Shown here: positions 28,282 to 44,253 of the stretch, one piece after another
Numbering within the stretch: the first letter of the stretch is position 1
Layout: every line of letters begins with the position of its first letter
Source: Octopus vulgaris
Taxonomy: Eukaryota
Assembly: GCA_951406725.2 (NCBI GenBank)
Contig: OX597841.1
Span: 496,001 to 560,000, forward strand
Reading direction: 5' to 3'
DNA: 64,000 bases
Position numbers and translations under genes: made by a program
The notes under the pieces: model-generated
The model's input: the letters and a program-made list of their open reading frames with translations, nothing else
Told to the model about the DNA's origin: nothing
Databases searched by the model: none

Positions 28282-28531
28282 TATAAATCGAAAGTAGTTT
28301 CACTTCGATGGAGAAGTCTTGCGCATTAGACTTGAAGCAAGAGAGCAGTAACGACTGTAGTGGACGGTGGAGACATCTGTGAAGATTAAGTAATAGTTGA
28401 AATCCTTATTGAACAATTCAAACATTTGGGGACTTTTCTTGGTAGTTCAGCGGCATCAGTTGATAGTACCGACAACAGTGGACAGTGGTTAACGTTTTCA
28501 AACACAGTTGTTAGTGTAATCAGTAACAAAG
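28282..28531 (+). promoter_or_regulatory. Putative TATA promoter and non-coding first exon of copy B
   Basis: TATAAAT at 28282-28288; donor AAAG|GTAAGT at 28531/28532. Confidence 0.5.
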
Positions 28532-29412
28532 GTAAGTTCTGTTTCGTTATGTTCCGCTATGTTGGAACCTCAATGCTGCTCCTCTGCTTTGAAGACGGTT
28601 TAGATCCCAGTTATGCGACTGTGGCTAGATCAGTTGATTGCTATTGCTTCTGTGTTATCATGTTCATTTATGTATCTGTACTGCGTGGATCGGATAAAGT
28701 GATAGAGATATTATAGTATACTCTATATATATGCGTTTTGGAAGTCAAGTGGGGACCGAGTAAGATCATTTCTTGATCTCCGTATGGTGTGAAAATGTTC
28801 CGAAAAAGACAGAAATCCCTGTGCATTGATTTGTTCTGGGTGTTTAAAGTGTGGCACAGCATTGAACCCTTAGCTATAACACCAGTGGCACAACAGAGAT
28901 GGAGACAACTAGACACAGAGAGAAGTTGAGAGTTCTTTTTTTCAAAACGAATTTACATTAAACTAGAAGGAATTTGCTACTGGATCTAGGGAGTCCTTCG
29001 ACCCCTGTTGCTAAGATGGAAGTTAACCTATAGTTCGGAACGTAACACGTGCTACTATTCCGAGACACAGAAGATATGGGATCAATAGTCACCGAAAGTT
29101 GATTGGAAATTCATCAATGCTCCGGAAACTTTGTATTTGGTCTCCCTCCAACAGGTGAAGTTTCAAGTCATATCCACACTCAATACACACACTAGAAAAT
29201 TGAGTGTATATATGTAAGTATATATATATATATATATATATAAAATTTATAAAAATATGGTAAAGTAAAAGAATTCACTTTACCACACACCGAACTTTTC
29301 CGAAATAGCAGCCAAAAACTTGGCTATTTCTTCAACTGCAAATAAAAGTCTCCAGACAATGTATACTCAGAATATATATATATATATATCGGGATATGTA
29401 TACGAAACACAT

Positions 29413-29452
<40 letters not shown>

Positions 29453-29457
<5 letters not shown>

Positions 29458-32215
29458 AAAATAGTAAAGTGTGAAAAAACGACAGAAGGCTTAAATGTTA
29501 AAAAATATATATATTTGTGTCAAAATGTCTGGAGAATATTGGAAAAATTTTTTCCTTTCCTTAAAATGACATACTTTTAAAATTTTTAAAGAAATTACCG
29601 GTTTCGCGCGTAGCTTTTCAAATTTCTTGGGACGTTATGTTTATATTGCATGGAGTTATCGTTGTGTTTATTAACAGGAGATTTCTAAATAAGGGGAGGT
29701 AGTGAGTGATTTCTTCCGGTGTAAGGGAGATAATCGCTTAAAAATTTTTTTCCCTTTTCCTTGTTAATTTCTCTGTGTCAGTATGTTCGGATGGTTGAGT
29801 CTGGGTTTGTACTTTTCAATGAAGAATGTTTCCTTGTTCAGTCTCATTTGTGTTGATGATCCGAAAGCACATTGGTAAAATGGGAAGATTAAAAATTGTG
29901 GCAGTATTTGCTTTGCGCATTTCTCAATGTGCTCACTAAAAGGTATCATTCTATATTCTGGGAATGCAATCTGTTGTCGATGCAGTGTGCATCTACGCCT
30001 GAGTGATAGTCCCGTTGAACCCACGTAGTCTTGGTGGCAGCCCGAGCATTTAATTACATAAATTATGTTTTCAGAGGCACAAGTAAAGTTAGATTTGATC
30101 TTGAATTTCTGTCCCTCCTTAAAGAAGAATTCTGATCCTTCCAATAGGTTAGGACATGTTGCACAGTTCGATCTACCACATTTTTTTACTTTTGCATCCG
30201 TAATTTTAGAGGACAATTTTGCCTTTGTGAGAATCTTTTTAAGTGATTTAGGCTGTTTGTAGCTTTTAATGATTTGGTGTATGTTTAGAATTTCCTTTAA
30301 TTTTGGGTTTTTTTGAAGTATTGGTAAATTCTGGGTGATGATGGTGAAGGCTTCTTTGTTTCTGGGGTTGTATGTAGTTATATGTAAGGTAGTATTTTCG
30401 GGGAAGGTGTGTTGTTGTGTTGAACTTTTCTTAAAGTTTCTATGTTGATTTCTGTTGCACGTCTGATCCCATCTTCTATGAGTTGAGCTGGGTAATGTCT
30501 ATCAATTAGGGTGTTTTTGAGTTCTTGCAGTCTAAAGTTCCTGGTATTTTGTTCTGACACTATTGTGCATATCCTTCTTGCAAGGTTGAAGGGGATGTTT
30601 GTTTTAGTGTGTCTTGGGTGGCATGAATTAAAAGAAGGTATTGTTTGGCGTCTGTGGCTTTGTAAAAAATGTCTGTTTCTATTTTAAGGTTAATTTTTTT
30701 AATTAGTATATCCAAGAACGGGAGCTCCTTTTGGTTGTATTCCATTGTGAACTGTATATTTGGGTTTATGCTGTTCAATAGGTTTTTAAATTTTAGGAGT
30801 TTACCTATGTTTTCATTCCAGAGAATGAAACAATCGTCTAGGAATCGTTTCCAATTCTCTTTTATGTATTGAGAGAGGGAGTTTCCAAAGATTGATAGAG
30901 ATTCCTGGAAAATGATTATTTCCATGTATCCCATTGTTAAGTTCGCAATGACTGGTGCTGCCCTTGTACCCATAGCAATTCCGGATTTTTGACGGTAAAA
31001 TGTATTGTCAAACATGAAGTGGTTATTGTGTAGGATGAATTCAATTGATTTAGTAATGAATTCCTTACTGATCCTTTTTGGTATTTCTTCCGGAAATTGG
31101 TCTAACCAGAACTGTATTGCCTCCAGTCCATAATTATGAGGTATACTGGTATACAAGTTGACTACATCAAATGAAACCAGGATTGTTTCTTCCTTGGTTT
31201 TTTTTGGAAGGTGGTTTAACATATCTAAGTCATCTCTGATATGGCTATCGATATGTTTAAGGAAGGGTTTCAGGAGGATATCCATAAGTAGACTTAGTCT
31301 GTGTGTTTCACAGGTTGGGCCAGCTACAATGGGTCGTAGTTTTAGGTCCCCCGGATTAGGTGTGTGTATGTATGTCTTTGGTGATTTTTTAATGGTTTCA
31401 TTTATAATTTGACTTTTATGAATTTTTGGCAGACCATAGAAAAGGCTAGGTTTGCATTTAAAGTTTGTTAGGAAATCAATCTCTTTGGTTGTCAGTTCCT
31501 TTTCATGGGTTTTAATTAGTGAAGATAGAGTTTTTCACCAAAGACATACTTGTGCCTCTGAAAACATAATTTATGTTATTAAATGCTCGGGCTGCCACCA
31601 AGACTACGTGGGTTCAACGGGACTATCACTCAGGCGTAGATGCACACTGCATCGACAACAGATTGCATTCCCAGAATATAGAATGATATCTTTTAGTGAG
31701 CACATTGAGAAATGCGCAAAGCAAATACTGCCACAATTTTTAATCTTCCCATTTTACCAATGTGCTTTCGGATCATCAACACAAATGAGACTGAACAAGG
31801 AAACATTCTTCATTGAAAAGTACAAACCCAGACTCAACCATCCGAACATACTGACACAGAGAAATTAACAAGGAAAAGGGAAAAAAAAATTTTAAGCGAT
31901 TGTCTCCCTTACACCGGAAGAAATCACTCACTACCTCCCCTTATTTAGAAATCTCCTGTTAATAAACACAACGATAACTCCATGCAATATAAACATAACG
32001 TCACAAGAAATTTGAAAAGCTACACGCGAAACCGGTAATTTCTTTAAAAATTTTAAAATTATGTCATTTTAAGGAAAGGAAAAAAATTTTCCAATATTCT
32101 CCAGACATTTTGACACAAATATATATATTTTTTAACATTTAAGCCTTCTGTCGTTTTTTCACACTTTACTATTTTCTTATATATTCACCCACGTGCTTTA
32201 CCAAACAAACTTTCT
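29453..32215 (-). mobile_element. Penelope-like element (probably Neptune-type), 5'-truncated, with inverted copy of its 3' end
   Basis: RT motifs SFDVVNLYTSI, QKSGIAMGT, WKRFLDD, LPFLD (31.5->30.56 kb, frameshifted). Linker CGRSNCATC and GIY-YIG NIIYVIKC..DYVGST (30216-29764). Inverted arms 29453-30084 / 31548-32180. Inserted in (TA)n and absent from copy A. Confidence 0.9.
32005..32044 (+). ncRNA. Minimal variant hammerhead motif in Penelope pLTR (inverted copy 29589-29628, minus)
   Basis: AAGAAAT-TTGAAAA-GCtacacGC-GAAA-CCGG-TA-ATTTCTT: perfect 7-bp stem I, C3U/G8A core variant, palindromic stem III. Confidence 0.55.
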
Positions 32216-32368
32216 TATCTATATATATATATATATTTGCAGCTTTTAATAAAGTTGTTCTTCGTATTAAACAATTGTACTGAACAACTAATCCATTCTT
32301 GTTGCCTTTTTATTGTGTATATATATATATATGTATATGAATATATATGTATGTATATATATATAAAA

Positions 32369-32479
<111 letters not shown>

Positions 32480-32597
32480 TATATACATATATCGGGAGAG
32501 AAAGAGAGAGAGGGAGGGAGAGGGGAGGTGTATGTCTGATTGGGTGTTTGTGCGCGAGCACATGCGTACGTGTATACATGCATACGAAACATATCTA

Positions 32598-32928
32598 TAT
32601 GGCTCAGTGGTTAGAGCGTCGAGCTTACGATCGTGAGGTTGTGAGCTCGAATCCCGGACCGGGCTGCGTGTTGTGTTCTTGAGCAAGACACTTTATTTCA
32701 CGTTGCTCCAGTTCACTCAGCTGTAGAAATGAGTTGCGACGTCACAGGTGCCAAGCTGTATCGGCCCTTGCCTTTACCTTGGACAACATCGGTGACGTGG
32801 AGAGGGGAGGCCGGTATGCATGGGCGACTGCTGGTCTTCCATAAAACAACATTGCTCAGACTTGTGCCTCAGATGGTAACTCTCTAGGTGCAAACCCATC
32901 GTCAGTGTCTGACCGAAGGGGGTCACCA
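32598..32928 (+). mobile_element. tRNA-derived SINE
   Basis: TGGCTCAGTGGTTAGAGC A box, GAGCTCGAATCCC B box, core TTGAGCAAGACACTTTATTTCACGTTGCTCCAG. Confidence 0.75.
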
Positions 32929-32929
32929 C

Positions 32930-32963
<34 letters not shown>

Positions 32964-33087
32964 ATTTGCAGCTTTTCATAAAGTTGTTTTTCGTATGAAA
33001 CAATTGTACTGAATAACTAATCCATTCTTGTTGCTTTTTTATTGTGTATATATATATGTATATGTATATATATATATATGTATGTAT

Positions 33088-33120
<33 letters not shown>

Positions 33121-33126
33121 GTATAA

Positions 33127-33173
<47 letters not shown>

Positions 33174-33323
33174 TACATATACATATATATATCTATATAT
33201 ATATACACTTATATATTTATATATATATATACACATATATATATTTATATACATATACATATATATATATACACAAGAAAAAAGCAACACGTACATGCAT
33301 ACGTGTATACATGCATACGAAAC

Positions 33324-33416
<93 letters not shown>

Positions 33417-33479
33417 ATATATGGCGGTGCCCCAGCATGGCCACAGCTCATAAGCTGAAACTAGAATCAATCAATCAAT

Positions 33480-33514
<35 letters not shown>

Positions 33515-33595
33515 CAGCTTTTAATAAAGCTGTTCTTCGTATGAAACAATTGTACTGAACAATAAATCCATTCTTGTTGCTTTTTTGTTGGGTAT

Positions 33596-33670
<75 letters not shown>

Positions 33671-34091
33671 TATATTATATTAGAGACAAAACCACTATTA
33701 GGCAAATCAGACAATGAAAACCTTAAGCCAATACATAAGATTATTTAATTTATATTATTTATATTATTTAAATATATAACAAAATCATTAAAAAAATATA
33801 ATTTAAATCACTTGATGAATGACTGTAACTCGAAAGTTTAAAGAAATTAACAGCCATAAAACGATCGTAGTGTTATATTAATTATATTTTTTAAATAATT
33901 TTGTTATATATTTAAATAATATAAAATAAATAATCTCATGTATTGGCTTAAGTTTTTGATTGTATGATTTGCCTAATAGTGGTTTTGTCTCTAATTTAAT
34001 ATAATATAATATTTTACTATAAAATTGGATTCAATCCTAAATCTGATTTTTCCCTGTAAGTTTGTATTTATTCCATAATATTTATTATTAT

Positions 34092-34123
<32 letters not shown>

Positions 34124-34194
34124 TATATGCATATATATATGTGTATAAATATATATATATATACATATATATATATACATATATATATATATAC

Positions 34195-34235
<41 letters not shown>

Positions 34236-34292
34236 CATATATACATATATATATATATAAATATATATATATATTTATATATACACACACAA

Positions 34293-34361
<69 letters not shown>

Positions 34362-35558
34362 CGAAAGGCTGAGCCTGCATCTCAGTTCCTAATTAATGAC
34401 CATGTATGAAGCCCGTAACTTCCTGCCCTATCAGACCATCGTTGTCTGTCTCTGAACAGTACTCTGTGCAAATGGCAGTCTCTGCCACGTATCTGCATTT
34501 TCAGGCTGTGTTGTTCGAATTGTTATGTTCTTCTTCACCGGTGTGATATCCGGTTCTATATTTCTAGTATAATGTATTCGATATGACCCCAACCAGAGCC
34601 GTATGGTACGGAGGACAGGTTGTTGCCCATGTAGGGCGTCGAGCTGGCAGAATCGTTAGCACGCCGGGCGAAATGCGTAGCCGTATTTCGTCAGCCGTTA
34701 CGTTCTGAGTTCAAATTCCGCCGAGGTCAACTTAGCCTTTTATCCTTTCGGGGTCGATTAAATAAGTACCAGTTACGCACTGGGATCGATATAATCGATT
34801 TAATCCGTTTGTCTGTTCTTGTTTGTCCTCCCTGTGTTTAGCCCCTTGTGGGCAATAAAGAAATAGGTTGTTGCCCATGTAGTGTGTCCCTCATCTCAAT
34901 CTCATTAACAGGTCTAAAAGAAGGAAAGGAACCTTACAATTTGTTAACAGCATCGACACAGGATTTGCAGGGGTGAGGTTGAAGACAGCATCGAACTGCC
35001 CCTTTGTCTCTGATTCTCAATTTTACCCCAGTATTTTCACCCGAACACTTTCCCATGATTGAATATTGTTGCAAGTTATCGGGGGTTTGGAATCAGAGTT
35101 TTCCATCTTCTAGAAGGGTTGTCTCACTACCACCTGGATGATGAGCTCCATGCGATCGAAGGAATTACTAATTAATCCATAATTAGAACCTTGACGACCA
35201 CTACTACTCCGGGTCAGACTAGATCTTGGGACAGCGGTGGCTAAGAGCTGGTTCAAAAACTCGTCAAAACACTAGAAATCCCCAACCAGGGATCACTGCT
35301 GGATACAGTTTAAAATCATACCCAGGACCTATGCCTTTTGGAATCACCTTAATTTATTTTATTTTTTCTCTTCTAAATTGTAATTTATTCGTTTAGCGAT
35401 TTCTTTTACAAACATTCTTCCTCTTACACGCAAACATTTTCCATCTTCTCAAATTATCTTCCTCTTCTCTTTCAGGATTACTCCGCCTTACTCTTAAACA
35501 TTTCCCATTGATATTAGGGCCAAGAATGTCCCAGTTCCCTTTTACTTGTCCAGCTGCA

Positions 35559-35856
35559 ATGGCAGTGCAGCTGTTAACATTTACAATAATTCTGGCGGTT
35601 GCCTTTGCTCAGGAATTTTATGATGCTTACTACGAACGTTTGCCTCCTGGTTACTCTTATGGATACCTTCAGACGAATCCATCGGAAAAATTCTATAAGA
35701 GAGAAAGTCTACTGGAATGTACTGGCATCGCTCTACAGAGCCAATCAGAATTCTTTACTTACAACGAAGTCAGCCGTGTTTGTAAGAATTACTCACCGAA
35801 AGATATAATGACAGTCGTCAGCACGAGTGACAGCAACGAGATTGCCTTCTATAGAT
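35559..35856 (+). CDS. Gene copy B, coding exon 1 (signal peptide + PAN/apple-like domain; 285 aa total)
   Basis: MAVQLLTFTIILAVAFAQEFYDAYYER...ECTGIALQSQSEFFTYNEVSRVCKNY...FYR. Acceptor ttcag| opens the exon at 35476; donor T|GTAAGT at 35857. Confidence 0.9.
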
Positions 35857-36008
35857 GTAAGTAGAGCTTCCTTATTGTTAATGTCGTGGTGTTTTTTTTT
35901 TCTTTTTACGCGGTTGGTGGTAGTTCCTCTCAGCATATTCTCATCGTTATTAAATGACTTTGAAACACACTTGATGCACTTCTAACAGTTATTACTCCAT
36001 TTTTTTTC

Positions 36009-36059
<51 letters not shown>

Positions 36060-37616
36060 CAGAGAGAGAGAGAGTGGGGGGAGAGAGAGTGATTGACAGA
36101 GAGAGAGAGAGATATAATGAGAGAATGAGAAAAAGGGAGAGACAAAAAGACAGACAGACGACGAAAAGATGTTGAAACTTTGCTGGGAACACCCGCGGAC
36201 TATCGGAAGGTGAATGTAAGTGGAGTGGTAAAGTGGACTGATGGAGGTGAGAGGGAACTGAGAAGATGAACATGTGAAAGGGGATTGGACAATGTAGGAG
36301 AAGAGGGGGGGAACATAATGAGAGATAAATACGTGTTTGTGAAGAAGGATATAATTTGAAGAATCGTAATCTATGATGTCCGTTGAGATACACTCGAAGC
36401 AACATTTAACACAAAGAGAAAGAAACAAGCAAAGCAGTAACGAATTTTACAGCATAGAATCCGACACAGTGAATGGCACAAGCATGTAGTGTAAGCATTT
36501 AAACATCGTCACTATCTTCCGAAATCTTACAGCATTTCACATAGAAATTTCCTTTTGGTTCCAAAGTCGTCTTGGTGTATAAGTCGACCTACAATTTGGT
36601 GTATAATTCGACCTACAATTTGTGGTATAAATTTTGATTTCAAAAATTCTGCTTGCATTCCGAAAGTAGGGTACAGACTAAATTTGCTGAAACCGAGTAG
36701 CAGGACCCTTTCAGTTAGGAATACACATGGGTATATATGAGAAACATAAGGGAAATAGTGTAGACTGAGCTGAATTGGGAGCTGAATTTGATCATAGATT
36801 TAGGGGACTCTTCCCCAACACACACACACTCACGATGGGTTTTCACACGTGCGCAGGTGGGGAGCAAGGTGGATTGGCATACTCGTTAAAATATTATTTG
36901 CCTTATTAATCCTGTAGGTTTCTGAGACTAAATCACGCTGAGGTCAACTTTACCTGTCATCTTACCCTGATCGATAAAATAAAATATCAGTGAAATTCTT
37001 GGCTCCATAACAATTTATAACCCAAACCCTCCTATTTCAGGCATTGTCTAAATTAGAAAGTCCCAAGATATATATTCTTAGAGAAAGCACCAGATATTTT
37101 TCTTAGGTCTCTGGGGTTTGTATGCGTGTAGAGGCGGGGCCGTCAGCATCTCACATCCTAATCCAGTTCACCCAACTGGGGTTGAACAATTTCTAGCTTG
37201 TATCCCATTGGCATTGAAGTACGGATCTGCCCTAATTATCCAAAAATAGCATCTAACCCTTTGCCTGTCGAAAGCTTGTTTATATGTTTGCCCTAAACGT
37301 GCACAGTTTAATTTAGACCTTCTTTATGTTAATCTCTGAATCATATAAAGGTTTTCTTTCCCAAAAGCCCAAGATGAAGACTTGTATAGCATATGATGCA
37401 TGGAAACAGACGAAATATGTCTTGTGTATCACATGTGATACCCAGGCCAGGAAAAGACTTAAGATGAATGTTATAGAGTCTGTTGGTGATTTTCTTTCCT
37501 TTATTAGCTTTTCATTATATGTAAACCTCAACAATTTCAGGTTGTCAGTGTTTTGTCTCCTTATTCCTCGACGTGGTGGCAAATACATGAAATCATTATT
37601 ATCATTATTATTATTA

Positions 37617-37700
<84 letters not shown>

Positions 37701-37709
37701 TTATTATTA

Positions 37710-37768
<59 letters not shown>

Positions 37769-38361
37769 CATTATTATTTTTATTATTGTGTGAGAGAGCA
37801 GTGCATGCCATCAAAGTGACACTGGGGTACAAATATACGAAGCCCAGTATACCCATCATGACTACCCGTCTGATAAGGGTACACCAGGCACCTGCATCAC
37901 AACCATATGTGCGCGACATGGTGATCTCATATCAAGAAAAACAGCACATGACCTTGCAGGTGGGGCCCAGTTAGAATTTTCTTCAGGTTGAGTAGCCCAT
38001 CCCGCTCAAAAGGTCCCTGAATAAGGGTTGTTTAAGGATGTTGAAAGAACCACCCATGTTTCCCGAGGTGAATTATTCAAACCCCAAATAATCCCACTCA
38101 AAACATGGCTATGATGCTCCCCCACTACTTCTGCTCGTGATCAGAGATGCACATATCGTTAGCCACTAAGGGACATGCTCAAATGGTTAAGGTCAAACAA
38201 CTGACAAGCAAATCTGTGGTATTGAGCAGAATATTTGCTGTAGCCATGTTTTATACCAAGACAAAACAATGTACATAATAACACTTCCAATCAATTAAGA
38301 TCAGAAGCCATAAGAGCCACTGTCTGGTACTGCATCAGGGCATTTATTATTATTATTATTA

Positions 38362-38430
<69 letters not shown>

Positions 38431-38440
38431 TTATTATTAT

Positions 38441-39506
38441 TCTATGTTTGACTTTTGCTTTATGTCTGTACAAGTTGGCTCCAAGTCTCACCCAGAGACC
38501 TCAAGAGACAACAGGTTAGAAGTTCTGTGCCATATATTTGGGGTGTTTTTTCTTTTTTTTTCTGGTGTTGTACTAGTGAATGTCTAATACATAAAAAAAA
38601 ATAAATAAATAAATAAAAAAATAAATTAAAGAAATAAAAAAAAAGTTTGTTTTAAACCTTGGGATTACATAGAGAGTATTTTGCGTAGGATATGAGCAGT
38701 TCCTATGAGCACTATCTTTTGAATTTCTGCCATTTTGGGGTTTCCTGGTATCTGAGTTAGGTAGCAATCAGTCGCTTTCGCTATCATTCCCAGGGCACCT
38801 ATGACAACAGGTATTGTTTTAGTCTTCAGCTTCCACATTTTGCTGATTTCTATTTCAAGATATTTATATTTGCTCAGTTTTTGGTAGGTCTTGACAGATA
38901 CGTTTATATCGATTGGGACAGTCATATCAATGAGGAGGCATGTTCTTTTTCTGAAGCCTTTCAATATAAAGTCTGGCCTATTTGCATCTATCTTCCTGTC
39001 AGTTTGAATGGTGAAGTTCCAGAGGAGTGAGATGTGGTCATTTTCAAGCACAGGAGGTGGATTGTGTTCCCACCAGATTTTTTTCATGGGGCAAATCCAG
39101 GTTTTTGCAAATTACCCAGTGAATATATTGTGCAGCTCTATCATGCCTACTGAGGTACTCTGTAGGCGCTAGAAGATTGCATTTGGAGACAACATGGTCA
39201 ATGGTTTCATTTTGTTGTCGGCATACACGACATGTTGGGCTATTGCCGTTCTTTAATATGTTGGCCTGGTAGTTTCTTGTTGGTAGGCATTGATCTTGAG
39301 CTGCTATGATAAACCCCTCTGTTTCAGATTTTAAGCCAGAGGCCATTAGCCAGGGTATTTGCCATAGAGAGGTTTTTCTTGCCATTTATTATTCAGAATA
39401 TCTAAGGCCGCAGTTTTGGCACGGGTTTTCATGTGCCTAGCTTTTTCTGTGCTTGTTTCTTGTATATCTATCTCTAATTCCGAAATTGGTTGTATTCGGA
39501 ATTCAC
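38441..39506 (-). mobile_element. Dong/R4-clade LINE 3' fragment (CCHC + restriction-like endonuclease + 3'UTR) in (TAA)n
   Basis: CRVC..ETIDHVVSKC..RHD, IQTDRKIDANRPD, LIDMTVP, PVVIGALG, QKIVLIGTAHILRKIL; frameshifted and flanked by TAA repeats. A 3'UTR-only piece is present in copy A at about 17328-17530. Confidence 0.85.
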
Positions 39507-40945
<1,439 letters not shown>

Positions 40946-41510
40946 GAGTGAGAGAGCAGTTCATGCCATCAAAGTGACACTGGGGTAAAATATACGAAGC
41001 CCAATATACCCATCATGACTACCCGTCTGATAAAGGTACACCAGGCACATGCATCACAACCATATGTGCGCGACATGGTGATCTCATATCAAGATAAACA
41101 GCACATGACCTTGCAGGTGGGGCCCAGTTAGAATTTTCTTCAGGTTGAGTAGCCCATCCTGCTCTAACGGTCCCTGAATAAGGGTTGCTTTAGGATGTTG
41201 AACGAAACACCTATGTTTCCAGAGGTGAACCATTCAAACTCCAAAGAATCCCTCTCAACACATGGCCATGATGCTCCCCCACTACTTCTGCTCGTGATCA
41301 GAGATGCACATATCGTCAGCCACTAAGGGACATGCTCAACTGGTTAAGGTCAAACAACTGACAAGCAAATCTGTGGTATTGAGCAGAATATTTGCTGTAG
41401 CCCATCTTTTATACCAAGACAAAACAATGTACATGATAACACTTCCAATCAGTTAAGATCAGAAGCCATGAGAGCCACTGCCTGGTACTGCATCAGGGCA
41501 TTTATTATTA

Positions 41511-41573
<63 letters not shown>

Positions 41574-42084
41574 TATTATTATTATTATTACTACTACTAC
41601 TGAGTGAGAGAGCAGTGCATGCCATCAAAGTGACACTGGGGTACAAATATACGAAGCCCAGTATACCCATGATGGGTATAACCGTCTGATAACGGTACAC
41701 TAGGCACATGCATCACAACCAAATGTTCGCAACATGGGAATCTCATATCAAGATAAACAGTGCATGACCTTGCAAGAGGGGCCCAGTTAGAATTTTCTTC
41801 TGGTTGGGTAACCCATCCCACTCAAAAGGTCCCTGATTAAGGGTTATTTAAGGATGTTGAATGAAACACCCAAGTTTTCAGAGGTGAATCATTCAAACCC
41901 CAAAGAATCCCACTCAACACATGGCTATGATGCTCCCCCACTACTTCTACTCGTGATCAGAGATGCACATATCGTCAGCCACTACGGGACATGCTCAACT
42001 GGTTACGGTCAAACACCTGACAAGCAAATCTGTGGTATTGAGCAGAATATTTGCTGTAGTCCGTTATTATTATTATTATTATTT

Positions 42085-42196
<112 letters not shown>

Positions 42197-42352
42197 CATT
42201 GGATGTGTGGTAAGTGTCTTGCTTACCAAGCACATAGTTCTTGGTGCCGTCCCCATAGCGTGGCAACTTGGGCAAGTGTCTTCTTCTATAACCTCGAGCC
42301 GACCAAAGCCTTGGGATTGGATTTGGTAGACGGAAAGTGACAGAAGCCAGTC

Positions 42353-42384
<32 letters not shown>

Positions 42385-42627
42385 TTGTGTGCGTATGTAT
42401 GTATGTATGTATGTATGTATGTATGTATGTATGTATGTATGGATGGATGGATGGATATGTATAATGTTTGTGTGTCTGTATTTGTCCCCCCAACTTCAAT
42501 GCGCAAGACAGACCGATAGAATAAGTACTAGGCTTACAAAGAATACGTCTTGGGGTTGATTTGTTCGACAAAAGGTGTTGCTCCAGCACAGCCGCAGTAA
42601 TATGACTAAAACAAATAAAAGAATAAA

Positions 42628-42708
<81 letters not shown>

Positions 42709-42733
42709 TTTATCATTATTATTAATATTTCAG

Positions 42734-42912
42734 ATAGCCAATGGATTAAAACCTATACCATATCAAAGGGAGCTGGTTCAAAAGTTTATAATTCATTTCT
42801 GAATATAGGACATCCTTCATCCTGGAATATGGACGAATGCAGAAATAACTTTTGTCCTAACTTCTTCCGACACCCTCTCCTTGATTTCTGGAACTATCTT
42901 CCAATTGATGAG
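42734..42912 (+). CDS. Gene copy B, coding exon 2
   Basis: tttcag|ATAGCC...GATGAG|GTATGT; 179 nt; 2 nt differences from A (M/I, D/N). Confidence 0.88.
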
Positions 42913-43896
42913 GTATGTATTCATACGTGCGAGGAAGTTCATACAGTATCATTGTTTTCATAATGATAGTAATAATGATTAACAGACTTTGGTCAAGTAT
43001 ACATGAATAAGAAACAAATTCAGGTATATGCGCACACATATACACACAGCAGTACATATACATACAACCATATATATAAGAAGACTATACTCACGCAGAG
43101 CTATTTATAATTAGGTTTAGAATTGAACTTATAGGCGTAGACGGGAACACCGAGCAACAGACGGCGGACTATGATCCACGTAGAAGGTGGTAAGAATTTT
43201 TATCCGTGACAAACCGCAGTAATAATAATAATTATCATAGACAAAAGACTCCCCTTTGGGGAAGTGGTCAGTAAATGGGAAACAAAATCGATGAAATCAA
43301 CTTACGATACATGAATGGTCAAAGTTTTATTGAACCCAGCATAAAGTAAAGCTGGGGGACCTGGGTGGGACTTGATCTCAAATTTGAATAATCTTGTTCT
43401 TCTTGTGGGGTGGCAAAATTGAGTAACAAACAAAATCTTGTGGGAACATGTGAGCCAGTAACCTACGGGATCTCAGATCAGGAGCAAGGAATGAGGTTAG
43501 CTAGGACACATCGAGCGGAAACCTCTTTCTGATTTTACAAGGCAAGCCATCCGATGAATATCGCAAGGAAGGCAGAAGCGTGACAGATAAAATAAAACAT
43601 GGAAAAGCTCAACAGAAACTGAAGAAATGGTTGATGGCAAGACCTGGGGATAACTGCAATTCATTGCCAAATTTACCAGCCTATAGCGATCTGTTACTGG
43701 TGTCCTGTACTCTACATGGAGTTAAGGAAATGAAGAAGACATATCGTGTTTTTCTCTTATATATCTGACAACTAAACTTAACGTTTCGATATTTTCTCTC
43801 ATGGATAGATGGCTACACATTTTGGTGGTTAGAAGCATTAGTTTTCATTAATTCTATTAACTCTATTTAGCAGACAATGATTGATCTAGCAGCCAT

Positions 43897-43934
<38 letters not shown>

Positions 43935-44112
43935 AACAGATCGTTAGCCGCTACACTCATTTTCTTCTCTCTTTGTTTTTTCTGTGTCCCTTTCTGTAGA
44001 AGAGCGTAGTCTCGAAACGTAAAAGACTATTTTCTATTCCTGAGCGTTATACTAATACATCTGTTTGTTTTGTACGCCACCGGTCTTCGTCTTTTGTTTT
44101 TTCGTAAACTCT

Positions 44113-44253
<141 letters not shown>

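Noticed and set aside
32598-32665. tRNA gene candidates (also 26716, 46150, 57312)
   Set aside because: A/B boxes continue into SINE bodies, with no complete acceptor stem.
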